Positions 9,109 to 18,862 of a DNA stretch of 64,000 nucleotides are shown one piece after another. A program made the position numbers and the translations under genes. A model generated the notes under the pieces. It worked only from the letters and a program-made list of their open reading frames with translations. It did no database searches and was not told where the DNA came from. The stretch is from Aminivibrio sp. (GTDB lineage Bacteria > Synergistota > Synergistia > Synergistales > Aminobacteriaceae), in contig NZ_JAESIH010000059.1 of assembly GCF_016756745.1 (NCBI RefSeq), positions 2,149 through 66,148 on the forward strand. Reading direction: 5' to 3'. Position 1 is the first letter of the stretch; each line of letters starts with the position of its first letter.

Positions 9109-9516
9109 CTACCGCTCGTCGATCACCGGCTTGATATCCGCCACGGGCGTGCCGTCCAGGGCCTCCAGGGGAGCTACCCGGAGACGGGCGCCCTCCCTCC
9201 CCAGCAGGGTCACCCTGTGAAGGCCGATGGGGTTGGGCCTTGCGGAGGACCGGGTCGCGAACACCCCCTTCAGGGGCGCCCCGGGGTTCCTCCTGGGATG
9301 CACCTTCAGCACTGACCTGTCCGCAAGGTGCAGCCAGGTCAGAACCAGCAGTTCCCGTCCCGCCTCCAGGCCGTCCAGCCCTTCCAGAAAGGCAGGAAAA
9401 ATCTCGATCTCCGCTTCCGGCGCGTCCTCAAATCCCTGCCTCGGGCAATCCTCCTGCCTTTTCAGGGACGAATGAACCCTTCCTATGGCCTGTACCCTCA
9501 TGTCAGCGCATTTCAC
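9109..9516 (-). CDS. tsaA: TsaA/TrmO (YaeB-like) SAM-binding tRNA methyltransferase family, short form
   Basis: IGRVHS, GVFATRSSARPNPIGL, LDGTPVADIKP. Confidence 0.85.
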   Translation of the reverse strand: MKCADMRVQAIGRVHSSLKRQEDCPRQGFEDAPEAEIEIFPAFLEGLDGLEAGRELLVLTWLHLADRSVLKVHPRRNPGAPLKGVFATRSSARPNPIGLHRVTLLGREGARLRVAPLEALDGTPVADIKPVIDER

Positions 9517-9731
9517 ATTCCAGACCTCCTCCGCATCCTGGAAAAAACTCCCTCCGGCGTGATCTGTCCCGCCGGCTCAACACCATTTTATAGCAGTTAT
9601 TTGATCAGTATACATCAAATCTTTCGTCCTCTTTTGCATGAACTGACCGTTTCAAGCAGGCTTCGTCATGATGTACAATGCCGGTGAAAGAAACGAAACT
9701 CCACAAATACCCTTCAAGGAGGCACCAGGAA

Positions 9732-10907
9732 ATGAAAGCAATACTCGCAGGAGCCCTCGAAACCGGGCTCGGAACCGTACTGTCCGGCGTGACCGTTTTC
9801 ATTGAAAACGGCAAAATCGCCGATATCGCCGAAGGACTCGACCCGAAAAACGCAGACGAGGTCATGGACGCATCGGAAATGGTGGTCACCCCCGGGCTCA
9901 TCGACGCCCATACCCATATCGGCACCTACTGCGAAGGCTTCCCCGAGAGCATGGCAGACACCAACGACATGGTGAACCCAGTGGTTCCCCACCTCCGGAT
10001 CCTGGACGCCATCTACCAGGACGACACGGCCTTCGCCGACGCCCTCGCCGGAGGAGTCACCTGCGTCCAGACCCTGCCCGGGAGCGGCAACGTCATCGGC
10101 GGCCAGGGGGCCATCATCAAAACCGCCACCGCGGCCGCCGGGCGCAGGAAAACGGTGGACGAAATGGTGGTGAAGGCCCCCTCCTCCATGAAGGCCGCCC
10201 TCGGAGAGAACCCCATCAGGGTGTACAAGGACAAGCAGAAGCTCCCCAACACCCGCATGGGCAACGCCGCCCTGCTCCGACAGGCCTTCGTGGAGGCGGA
10301 AAACTACAGGAACAAGATGATCCAGGCCAGGAACAAAAACGAGATGACTGAACGAAACCTGCAGCACGAAGCGATCCTCCCGGTGCTCGACGGGGACCTT
10401 TCCCTCTGCGTCCACGCCCACCGCTGCGACGACATCGCCACGGCGGTCCGCATCGCGGGAGAGTTCTCCATCCCCTTCACCGTGGAGCACTGCACGGAAG
10501 GGCACCTCATCGCCCCCTTCCTGGCGGAGAAGAACGTTTTCGCCGCCGTGGGCCCCACCCTTACCGGCAAGCCGAAGCTCGAACTGCGGAACAAGACGTG
10601 GGACACCCCCTTCGCTCTCTGGAAGGCCGGAGTCCACTTCTGCATCATCACCGACCATCCCGTGGTGCCCATCGAGCACCTCTCCGTCTGCCTCTCCCTG
10701 GCGGTGCGGGCCGGGCTGCCCCGGGAGGAGGCCATCAAGGCGGCGACCATCTACGCCGCGGAGCACCTGGGCATAGCGGACCGGGTGGGGTCCGTCGAAA
10801 AGGGGAAAGACGCGGATCTGGTGATCTGGGACGGCGATCCCCTTGATGCCCGGAGCAGGGCCGTGGCGACGATCATCGACGGAGAGACCGTCTACTCGAG
10901 ATGCTGA
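9732..10907 (+). CDS. Metal-dependent amidohydrolase family protein
   Basis: TPGLIDAHTHIG, VHAHRCDD, IITDHP, GSVEKGKDADLVIWDGDP; AAGGAGG RBS before 9732. Confidence 0.88.
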   Translation: MKAILAGALETGLGTVLSGVTVFIENGKIADIAEGLDPKNADEVMDASEMVVTPGLIDAHTHIGTYCEGFPESMADTNDMVNPVVPHLRILDAIYQDDTAFADALAGGVTCVQTLPGSGNVIGGQGAIIKTATAAAGRRKTVDEMVVKAPSSMKAALGENPIRVYKDKQKLPNTRMGNAALLRQAFVEAENYRNKMIQARNKNEMTERNLQHEAILPVLDGDLSLCVHAHRCDDIATAVRIAGEFSIPFTVEHCTEGHLIAPFLAEKNVFAAVGPTLTGKPKLELRNKTWDTPFALWKAGVHFCIITDHPVVPIEHLSVCLSLAVRAGLPREEAIKAATIYAAEHLGIADRVGSVEKGKDADLVIWDGDPLDARSRAVATIIDGETVYSRC

Positions 10908-10953
10908 ATTGACCCCGGGCAGAGTTCGCCCCCCGGAAGAGGAGGAATGCGGG

Positions 10954-11286
10954 TTGGATACGGTCCACTTCATCACCATCACGGGGATCGACCACTACTA
11001 CGGCAAGACCCCCACGACCCCGAGGCCATCCGGGTGGAACTGCCGGTCATCGGCACCATCGGCTACGTGGCGAACAGCACGAACACCGTCTACCGGGGAA
11101 CGGCCAGTGCGGGGCGCATCTACGACAAGATCGGGGATTACGCTTTTTGCCAGGATCTTTTTCGTCACCCATTCCAGTGCCATTGCTCCCGTCCTCTCGC
11201 CGGACGAGGTGGAGGAAATCGACGCAGGAAAGAAGGTCATCTTCATCGTGAACGACGAGGAGGCCCCCCCGGGGGACGACGCTTAG
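10954..11286 (+). pseudogene. HIRAN-domain protein disrupted by an internal deletion and frameshifts
   Basis: FITITGIDHYYGKTP (frame 1), HDPEAIRVELPVIGTIGYVANSTNTVYRGTASAGRIYDKIGDYAF (frame 2), IFFVTHSSAIA (frame 1). Confidence 0.7.
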
Positions 11287-11322
11287 ATCCGGGACGGGAA
11301 CGTCCGAAGAACCCAAATAAAA

Positions 11323-11365
11323 AACGGGCTTTCTCTTCCGCACCCTGCGGAAGAGAAAGCCCGTT
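11323..11365. terminator. Bidirectional terminator with a 20-bp perfect stem
   Basis: AACGGGCTTTCTCTTCCGCA-CCC-TGCGGAAGAGAAAGCCCGTT between convergent genes. Confidence 0.8.
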
Positions 11366-11379
11366 CCGTTCTTCCGTTT

Positions 11380-12654
11380 TCAGCCCCTGGGAGGAACCGG
11401 GACCGTGAGACTTCCCTCGGGCAGAACCAGATACGAGAGGTCCTTTCCCCTTTCCTGTTCTATGAGCCTCAGGGCCTCCTCCACCGACGACACTTTCACG
11501 GCGAAGAGCTTTTTCACCTCCGCCTCGCCCATGGACGTGACCATGTAGACCGTCTTCTCCGCAGCGACCTTGGCGAAGCCGAAGGCCTTGTGCCCCCCCA
11601 TTTTGAAATCGGTCCGGATTCGCCTGACGATATCCTCCGGGCAGGACGCGGCGTTCATCCACTCCTCGAATACGGCCTCGCCGAACCCTTCGGGGCAGTC
11701 GGCCACGAGCACGATGGCACCGCCCTTTTTCGTGGCCTTGTCGGCGTGGTCGAGGGCCTTTTGTGCCTGGTACATGTTGATGTCCCGGGGGTGCCCGCAG
11801 GCGCCGGCGACGGCCACGTCCGCGAGCCCCTTCACCGGAACCTCGTACAGGCTCGCCGAGACGGCAACGGCCTCCCTCCACGCTGCCGCTACGTCACCGG
11901 CCGCGACTTTCACCACGTCCTTCTTCTCGTTGACCACCACGTTGAGGATAAAATCCACCCCCACCATCTGCGCCGCCTCGATCATCTCGAGGTTCACCGG
12001 GTTCGAGTCTAGGTCCGGGAGGGCATCCATGAGTTCCACCATCCGGGAATGGTTTCGCTCCACCGTCTCCTTCCACGCCACTCCTGGCAGGATGGACTTC
12101 CGCCCGCCCGAGTAGCCCGCGAAATAATGGGGCATGACCACTCCCAGGGTGAGGACGAAATCCGCTTCAGCCACCAACCTGTTGATCTTCAGCTCCGTTC
12201 CCGTGGAGAGGGTTCCGATGGAGACGAGGCTATCAAGGTTGTCGGCAGCGTGGGAGACGATCCGGAACCGCCGGACGATCTCCTCGCCATACACCTGGAG
12301 GTTCTGCTCGTCGGTGTGGGGGTCGTGGATGCCCGTGGCCACGAGAAGGGTGACCATGTCGTCGGTGATCCCCGCCCGGGCAAAGCGGGCGAGCACCGGC
12401 GGAAGCAGAAGGTCGTAGGGGGTGGGCCGTGTAATGTCGTTCACCACAAGGACGATCTTCCGGGGCTTTTTCCTCTGCAGAAGGTCAAGGAGGGGAGGCG
12501 TCCCCACGGGGTTGTCGAGCGCACCATCCACATCCCGCAGGGTGCAGGGCTTCAGGTTCATCTCCGGCGGCAGAACCACCTGGAGGATCCTGGAATCCTC
12601 GAGGGTGAACGCCTCGGTCCCCCTGCCTCTTTTCAGCTGAAAATCCATCTCCAT
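11380..12654 (-). CDS. larA: LarA-family nickel-pincer-dependent 2-hydroxyacid racemase/epimerase
   Basis: VNDITRP, ATGIH, PHYFAGYSGGRKSILPG, RNH, YQAQKAL motifs. Confidence 0.85.
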   Translation of the reverse strand: MEMDFQLKRGRGTEAFTLEDSRILQVVLPPEMNLKPCTLRDVDGALDNPVGTPPLLDLLQRKKPRKIVLVVNDITRPTPYDLLLPPVLARFARAGITDDMVTLLVATGIHDPHTDEQNLQVYGEEIVRRFRIVSHAADNLDSLVSIGTLSTGTELKINRLVAEADFVLTLGVVMPHYFAGYSGGRKSILPGVAWKETVERNHSRMVELMDALPDLDSNPVNLEMIEAAQMVGVDFILNVVVNEKKDVVKVAAGDVAAAWREAVAVSASLYEVPVKGLADVAVAGACGHPRDINMYQAQKALDHADKATKKGGAIVLVADCPEGFGEAVFEEWMNAASCPEDIVRRIRTDFKMGGHKAFGFAKVAAEKTVYMVTSMGEAEVKKLFAVKVSSVEEALRLIEQERGKDLSYLVLPEGSLTVPVPPRG

Positions 12655-12660
12655 TCCCCC

Positions 12661-13401
12661 TTACCTGATCCGGAGAACCGAACCCCCGGTCTCCGCTTCT
12701 TCCAGCATCGGCACGGAGCGGGACACGTCGGTCTCCGCCGCGCAGACAAGATCCCCTTCAAATCCCAGGGCCAGAATCCGCCGACCATGGACGGACCGCC
12801 TGAGAATGGCCGCCATGTCCCGTCCGCCTGACCGCCATATGTCCAGCGCCATGACCGCCCCGTCCTGAAGTTCGGCGTCGCAGCGCCGCAGAAGAAGTTC
12901 CACGAGCAATCCGGCGCAGGCCGTGTCGTCCAGGGCGACCCGTCCGTGGAGGCCGGCGCAGAGAATACCCACCGACTCTCCATCCTTCAGGGAGGCATCG
13001 AGGGCCGCAGAGGCATTCCGGGCGCAGACCGGCCGCACCGGTTTTCCGGAAGCGGCCGCCTTCAGGAGGGCCCTCGTTCCGTTGGTGGTAGCCATCACGG
13101 CCTCCGGCCGCCTGGAGGGACCGTATTCCAACAACTCCAGGGGAGAATTCCCCAAGTCGAACCCGACGGGAGGAAGGGCGTTCCGCTCCCCCATCAGGAA
13201 GGGGTTCCGGCCTTCCGCCGCCAGCCGGTCCCGCAGGAGAAAGGCTTCCTCGACGGATCGGCAGGGGCGGAGAATTTCCCCCCCTCCGTCGAAGAAGACG
13301 CACATGGTGGTTGTAGCCCGAAGAATATCGATCACCAGCCAGCTGTCCGCCTCCGGAAGAATCTCCTCCGGCGAAAGGACCACGTCCGCTTTCACAGTCA
13401 T
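12661..13401 (-). CDS. comB: 2-phosphosulfolactate phosphatase family
   Basis: VIDILRATTT, GERNA, DLGNSP, MATTNGT, DDTACAG. Confidence 0.85.
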   Translation of the reverse strand: MTVKADVVLSPEEILPEADSWLVIDILRATTTMCVFFDGGGEILRPCRSVEEAFLLRDRLAAEGRNPFLMGERNALPPVGFDLGNSPLELLEYGPSRRPEAVMATTNGTRALLKAAASGKPVRPVCARNASAALDASLKDGESVGILCAGLHGRVALDDTACAGLLVELLLRRCDAELQDGAVMALDIWRSGGRDMAAILRRSVHGRRILALGFEGDLVCAAETDVSRSVPMLEEAETGGSVLRIR

Positions 13402-14138
13402 GGCTTGGCCGCGTACTTTTTCGCTTCCTCCACGAGACGGAGGAACAGGGGAAGCATCTCATCCCCTTCGGACATCATCATCTCGGGGTGCCACTGGACC
13501 CCCGCCACGAAGGGCTCCCCCTCCATCTCGAGAGATTCCACCACGCCGTCCATGGCCCGGGACGTGACCTTCAGCCCCCGTCCCACGTCCTTCACCGCCT
13601 GATGATGGTAGCTGTTCACCGGAAAGCTGGTTCCCAGGAGCTCGGCGATCACCGATCCCTCCTCGGCCACCACCGTATGGCTCGGGCAGGAGCGTTTCCG
13701 GTTCTGGGAATGTTTCACGAAAGAATCGGGAATTTCGGAGAGATCCTGGTAGATGGTGCCCCCGCAAGCCACGTTCAGGAGCTGGATCCCCTTGCAGATG
13801 GCCAGAACGGGCTGCCCCTTCGCCAGGGCCGTCTTTATGGTGCGGAGCTGGGAAATGTCCGTGTCCCGGTAGACGAACTCCAAGCCCTTGTGAGGCTCTT
13901 CGCCGTACAGCAGGGGATCGATGTCATACCCTCCCGAAACGAGAAGGGCATCGACGCACTCCGTCTGCTCCTCGGCCACATCCTGCCCCCTCACCACGGG
14001 AATTATGAGGGGAATGCCCCCGGCGCGCTCCACGGCGGCCACATAGTCGTTGTTCACGTAGCTTCGCTCTATGCCGGGGGAGAAGCCCCCCTGCTCCACG
14101 AGAAGGTTCCCCACAATACCGATCACCGGTCGGCCCAT
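13398..14138 (-). CDS. Gamma-glutamyl-GABA hydrolase / peptidase C26 (class I glutamine amidotransferase-like)
   Basis: LLVSGGYDIDP, LAICKGIQ, NSYHHQAV, GVQWHPE; start MGRPVIG at 14138. Confidence 0.88.
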   Translation of the reverse strand: MGRPVIGIVGNLLVEQGGFSPGIERSYVNNDYVAAVERAGGIPLIIPVVRGQDVAEEQTECVDALLVSGGYDIDPLLYGEEPHKGLEFVYRDTDISQLRTIKTALAKGQPVLAICKGIQLLNVACGGTIYQDLSEIPDSFVKHSQNRKRSCPSHTVVAEEGSVIAELLGTSFPVNSYHHQAVKDVGRGLKVTSRAMDGVVESLEMEGEPFVAGVQWHPEMMMSEGDEMLPLFLRLVEEAKKYAAKP

Positions 14139-14374
14139 GCTTATTTCCTCCTGTCGTACGGATCGGCGGATTTCCGCCTGTTCCAAGTATAGCGCGGGAG
14201 GTGCCTTTTTCAAGTTGACAGCCTGGGGAGGGAGGAGAATAATACCCCCCATGGCCGGGGGAGAACGGGCCGGATACAGCCCTGAGAAGCCCCCGCCGGA
14301 GGAGAGTTGCCGCCATCAAACCCATTCTGTCGTCCTTTACCCTGATCGCCTCGGGCCTGCTGCTCGGGTACGGG

Positions 14375-15289
14375 ATGCGCCGTCTTTTCGAAAAGGTTTT
14401 CCCTGGTCCCGACGAGCTGCTCGGCCGTATCCGGTACTTCCTGCAGCGTCTTGTGCTGCTTGGCCTGGGGCCCGTGACCTTCATCGGCGCACTCTGGATC
14501 GTGGAGATCCGGGAGCCGAAAATCGCCCTTCTTGCCCTCATAGGGGCCTTCTGTCACATCTTCGGCGGTGCTGCTGCGGCGGCGGCGGCCCGGTTGTTCC
14601 ACATGGCCCCGCCCCAGGCCGGAGCCTTCTTCTGCTGCGGCTTCTTCACCAACGTGGGGGCCATCGGGGGGCTGGTGATCTTCCTGTTTCTGGGAGAGGA
14701 AGGCTACGCCATGTTGCCCCTCTTCAAGCTCCTGGAGGAACTCGTCTATTACAGCATCGGCTTCCCCGTCGCCCGGCTCTACGGCACAGATAGAAAGACG
14801 GCGGCGGAAGGCAGCCTTCTCCCCCGCCTTCTCCGGGATCCATTTCTCAGGGTGGCCGTCTGCGGACTGCTCCTCGGAACCGCTCTCAACCTGTCGGGCA
14901 TTCCAAGGCCTGCGGCCTACGCTTCCCTGAACAGGCTGCTCATACCCCTCAGCACGGTGCTCCTCCTCGCCTCCATCGGCATGGCCATGAAGTTCGGGAA
15001 GACAGCTTTCTGGCTGAAGGAGGGGCTCGCCCTCATCACCCTGAAATTTCTCCTCGTCCCCGCCGTCTGCGTCTCTCTCGGCGCCCTGGCCGGCCTTGGC
15101 GGCATTGCCGATGGACTGCCGCTGAAGGCCGTCCTCGTCCTTTCCTCCATGCCGGTCGCTTTCAACGCCCTCGTCCCCCCGTCCCTGTACGGACTGGATC
15201 TGGACCTGGCGAACAGCTGCTTTCTCATCTCGGTACTCGGGCTCGCAGCGCTGCTGCCGGTCCTGCATTTTGTCCTCGGGCTGATGTAG
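14375..15289 (+). CDS. AEC (auxin efflux carrier/malate permease) family transporter
   Basis: Multi-TM protein; FTNVGAIG, SSMPVAFNALV; an in-frame TM segment continues upstream to ~14306 without a canonical start, so the start is uncertain. Confidence 0.75.
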   Translation: MRRLFEKVFPGPDELLGRIRYFLQRLVLLGLGPVTFIGALWIVEIREPKIALLALIGAFCHIFGGAAAAAAARLFHMAPPQAGAFFCCGFFTNVGAIGGLVIFLFLGEEGYAMLPLFKLLEELVYYSIGFPVARLYGTDRKTAAEGSLLPRLLRDPFLRVAVCGLLLGTALNLSGIPRPAAYASLNRLLIPLSTVLLLASIGMAMKFGKTAFWLKEGLALITLKFLLVPAVCVSLGALAGLGGIADGLPLKAVLVLSSMPVAFNALVPPSLYGLDLDLANSCFLISVLGLAALLPVLHFVLGLM

Positions 15290-15299
15290 GGCGGCTCCA

Positions 15300-15835
15300 T
15301 CTCCCTCCACCCTGCGGTTTTTCGCCCGCTCCTCCTCAGCCTCTGGGGCATCTCCTCCGACGTGACCACCGTCATTTTGGCCTCCATGGGCTTCGTCTCC
15401 ACTATGGGATAATGCCTGTCCCGGCCGTACAGCGTTTCGGCGAAGCCGTTGTAGGGGCCGAGCCCGTCCTTCGCGCCGGAGAAGAGAATCTCGCAGTCCT
15501 TTTCCTTCAGATCTTCATCGTAGTTCCGGAACACCTCGAGGGCGATCCGTCCCGCCGGGGCGACGTACAGAAGCCGCGTGGGGCTGCCCTCCGCCTTCTC
15601 AGAGGCGGTGAAGGCATAGCGCGGCCGTCCCGGCAGACCGTCTTCCCCAGGGAATGACCATTCCGTCGTACTCCTTCGCCGAATACCGGACGACGAAGGT
15701 CCCTCGTACCGGCGGCGGAGGGGCGAATCTTTGCCGCCCTTCAGGTCGGCCCCGAAAAACAACCTGCACCGAGAGAACCGCCAGAAACACGGCAGCGAAA
15801 TTCCGCCCTTTGGAGGCCATGAACCCCCTCTCCAT
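15300..15835 (-). pseudogene. Probable frameshifted exported hypothetical protein
   Basis: Signal-like MASKGRNFAAVFLAVLSVQVVF, then a shift at a T5 tract into FGADLKGG...YNGFAETLYG; C-terminus runs antisense into the AEC gene. Confidence 0.4.
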
Positions 15836-16016
15836 TGTTTCAGAATTATCTGTCATATTGTATCACGGCTTTGCGGAAAGCATTTCACTGCCGGTTTTCC
15901 CTCGCAAAAACATTTCTCCGTGGCACTCTTTTCTTCGGAAAAATCTACCAGGGTCACTTTTTTGTTGAAAAACGGAATTTAAGGGTATACTAATAGGATA
16001 TTCATTCGACAGGCAG

Positions 16017-17750
16017 GTGCAGACCGTCATGAAAGGAATCGGGGCCTCTCCGGGCATAGCCATTGGCAGGGTAGTCATTCACTGGAAAGAACAGATCGAC
16101 ATCCTTCGGGAGTTTGTCGAGGAGCCGGAGCGGGAGCTCGAACGGTTTCAGACGGCCCTCGAGTTTGCCGGAGAGCAGATCAGGGAGACCTACTCCAGGG
16201 TACTTGAAAGCGTCGGTCCCGGCGAGGCGGACATCTTCAGGTCCCACGGCATGATGCTGAAGGACCCCGATTTCGTGGGGCAGATCGAGCGCATGATCCT
16301 CGACGAGAACGTCAACGCCGAATGGGCGGTGAAGCAGGTGGCCGACAGCCTCATCCAGATTTTCGAGAGCATGGGCAACGACTATATGAAGGCCCGCTCC
16401 GACGACGTGAAGGATATCTCCGACCGGGTTATCAAGCTGCTCCTCCAGATCGGCGGGATCGACCTCTCGAACCTCAGGGAGCCTTCCATAATAGTGGCGA
16501 GAGAACTCACCCCCACGGACATCTCCCAGATGGACAGAGAGATGACCCTCGGCATGGTGTCGGAAACGGGAGGAAAGACCTCCCACACGGCCATTCTCGC
16601 CAGGACCCTCGAAATTCCTGCCGTCATGGGGGTAAAGAAGCTGCTGGACGAGGTGGAAAACGACGACCTTATGATCATCGACGGTGAAACGGGACAGGTC
16701 TTCGTGAACCCCGACGGAGAGACGGTAGAGCGTTACCGGGAACGGCTGGACCGGTACGAATGCTTCAGGAAAAGCCTCTCTGAAGTGCGGGGGATGAAAA
16801 CCGTCACCCTTGACGGCCTGGAGATCGAGCTCGAGGCCAACGTGGCCTCTCCGAAAGATCTGGACGACGTCTTCAAGAACAACGGGGATGGCATCGGACT
16901 CTACAGGACCGAATTTCTCTATTTCGACAGTTCCCTCCTCCCTCCCGAGGACATCCAGTTCGAGCAGTACAGGATCGTGGTGGAGGCCATGAAGGGAAAG
17001 CCGGTGGTCATCAGGACCCTCGACATAGGAGGGGACAAGAAGCTGGACTACCTCTCCATTCCCGAAGAGCAGAACCCCTTCCTGGGCTACCGGGCCATCA
17101 GGCTCTGCCTTGACCGCCAGGAAATATTCAAGGTCCAGCTCAGGGCTATCCTCAGGGCCAGCGCCTTCGGTCATGTCCGCATCCTCTTTCCCATGATCTC
17201 GAGCCTCGGGGAGCTCCGCTCCGCAAAAGCCATCCTTGAGGAGACAAAAGAAGATCTCCGATCCCAGGGCGTACCCTTCGACGAATCCGTCCAGTCGGGC
17301 ATCATGGTGGAGGTGCCATCGGCGGCCATCCTCTCCGACCACTTCGCCCGGGAAACGGACTTTTTCAGCATCGGGACCAACGACCTCATCCAGTATGTCG
17401 TGGCGGTGGACCGGGGGAACGAAAAGCTTTCCCATCTCTACTCCCAGTACCACCCGGCGGTGCTCCGGCTTATAAAAACAGTCATCGACAACGGAAAGGC
17501 CGCGGGAATTCAGGTCGGGATGTGCGGCGAATCCGCCGGAGACCCGAAACTCATCCCCATCCTCCTCGGCATGGGGCTCACGGAATTCAGCATGAACCCC
17601 TCGTCCATCCTCCAGGCACGGTGGATCCTCCGGAACCTCCGGAAGAGCGACCTGGAGGAGGCGGCCCTGAAGACCCTGTCGCTGGCCACGGCCGAAGAAG
17701 TAGAGGAATACTGCTCAGAGCTGCTCCAGTCTCTTAACCTCTGCCGCTGA
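16017..17750 (+). CDS. ptsI: PTS enzyme I, phosphoenolpyruvate-protein phosphotransferase
   Basis: GIGASPGIAIG, SHTAILAR phospho-His, GIGLYRTEF, FSIGTNDL, GMCGE. Confidence 0.95.
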   Translation: MQTVMKGIGASPGIAIGRVVIHWKEQIDILREFVEEPERELERFQTALEFAGEQIRETYSRVLESVGPGEADIFRSHGMMLKDPDFVGQIERMILDENVNAEWAVKQVADSLIQIFESMGNDYMKARSDDVKDISDRVIKLLLQIGGIDLSNLREPSIIVARELTPTDISQMDREMTLGMVSETGGKTSHTAILARTLEIPAVMGVKKLLDEVENDDLMIIDGETGQVFVNPDGETVERYRERLDRYECFRKSLSEVRGMKTVTLDGLEIELEANVASPKDLDDVFKNNGDGIGLYRTEFLYFDSSLLPPEDIQFEQYRIVVEAMKGKPVVIRTLDIGGDKKLDYLSIPEEQNPFLGYRAIRLCLDRQEIFKVQLRAILRASAFGHVRILFPMISSLGELRSAKAILEETKEDLRSQGVPFDESVQSGIMVEVPSAAILSDHFARETDFFSIGTNDLIQYVVAVDRGNEKLSHLYSQYHPAVLRLIKTVIDNGKAAGIQVGMCGESAGDPKLIPILLGMGLTEFSMNPSSILQARWILRNLRKSDLEEAALKTLSLATAEEVEEYCSELLQSLNLCR

Positions 17751-17775
17751 AGGAAAAGGGGACTTCCCCTTCCGG

Positions 17776-18117
17776 ATGGATTATAATAAGTCCATGAACG
17801 ATGTCGTCCTTACTGACCGGGAACATCCGCCCTTGCCCGAGATGCTGCGCCCCCTCTTCTGGGACGCGGAATGGACGGCTGTGGATTTTGACAGGAACAG
17901 GACGGCGGTGATTGAACGGATTCTGAACCTCGGGAACGAAGAACAACTTGCCTGGCTCCGCCGGAATGTCTCGCTGGACGAAATCCGCGCCGTGGTATCC
18001 TCGAGCAGGCGGCTCAGCAGAAAGACGGCCCGGTGCTGGCAGAACTTTTTCGGGCTCAGGGAGGAGGAAATGCGGTGTTTTGGGATGTTCTCGACAAACC
18101 CAGACAATCTCTTCTGA
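17776..18117 (+). CDS. DUF6922-type small protein, putative antitoxin
   Basis: LFWDAEW...VIERILNLGN pattern; overlaps the downstream nucleotidyltransferase; start uncertain. Confidence 0.7.
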   Translation: MDYNKSMNDVVLTDREHPPLPEMLRPLFWDAEWTAVDFDRNRTAVIERILNLGNEEQLAWLRRNVSLDEIRAVVSSSRRLSRKTARCWQNFFGLREEEMRCFGMFSTNPDNLF

Positions 18118-18713
18118 AGAGCATGGTCGCCTCCCCGCCCATCCCGGGAGCCTACCTGGCGGGAGGAACGGCCCTTGCCCTGCAGTACGGTCACCGGCTT
18201 TCCGAGGATTTCGACTGGTTTCTGCCCGAAAGCTTCGATCCAGGGAAACTGCCCGCCCTTCTCGAACCCTTCGGGACAGTCTCGGTGGCGGAGACCCATG
18301 CCGGGACCTTCCACGGATGGATCGACGGCATCCGGGTGACATGGCTCCATTACCCCAACCCCCTCCTGGACCCCCTCCAGCAGGTTCCGAACATTCCCGG
18401 ACTTCTGCTCTCCTCACCCCGGGACACGGGGCTCATGAAATGGGCCGCCCTCTCCGACCGGGGTGCCCGGAAGGATTTTCTCGACCTTTACGAACTGGGG
18501 CTTCAGGGAATCACCCTCGAAGAGCTCTTTCTCCTCCTGCCCAGAAAATTCCCCGGCCGGCGCCTCAACCTCTACCACATGATCAAGGGACTGAGCTACT
18601 TTGACGACGCCGAGCACGACCCCTGGCCCGTCATGCTCAGGGACGTGAGCTGGAGCGCCCTCCAGCGGTATTTTCTCTCCTCCCAGACCAGACTGCTCCG
18701 CTCCCTCCCTTGA
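18075..18713 (+). CDS. AbiEii/AbiGii-family nucleotidyltransferase toxin
   Basis: YLAGGTALALQYGHRLSEDFDWF, KWAALSDRGARKDFLDLY; GTG start after GAGGAGG. Confidence 0.82.
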   Translation: MFWDVLDKPRQSLLKSMVASPPIPGAYLAGGTALALQYGHRLSEDFDWFLPESFDPGKLPALLEPFGTVSVAETHAGTFHGWIDGIRVTWLHYPNPLLDPLQQVPNIPGLLLSSPRDTGLMKWAALSDRGARKDFLDLYELGLQGITLEELFLLLPRKFPGRRLNLYHMIKGLSYFDDAEHDPWPVMLRDVSWSALQRYFLSSQTRLLRSLP

Positions 18714-18862
18714 ACATCCCTGTTTCGACAGCAAAGAGTGAAAACTTTTTCCTATTTCCATTCAGAAATGTACACTTGACAATTTACGAACAATATGGTT
18801 AAAAAATAAAAGGTGTATTCTATTCTCGTTCCGCCCTGTCGGGACAGATTCCGGGGGACCGC

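Noticed and set aside
16017-17750. ptsI without adjacent ptsH or EII genes as a novelty
   Set aside because: Scattered PTS genes are common; the partners may lie elsewhere in the genome.
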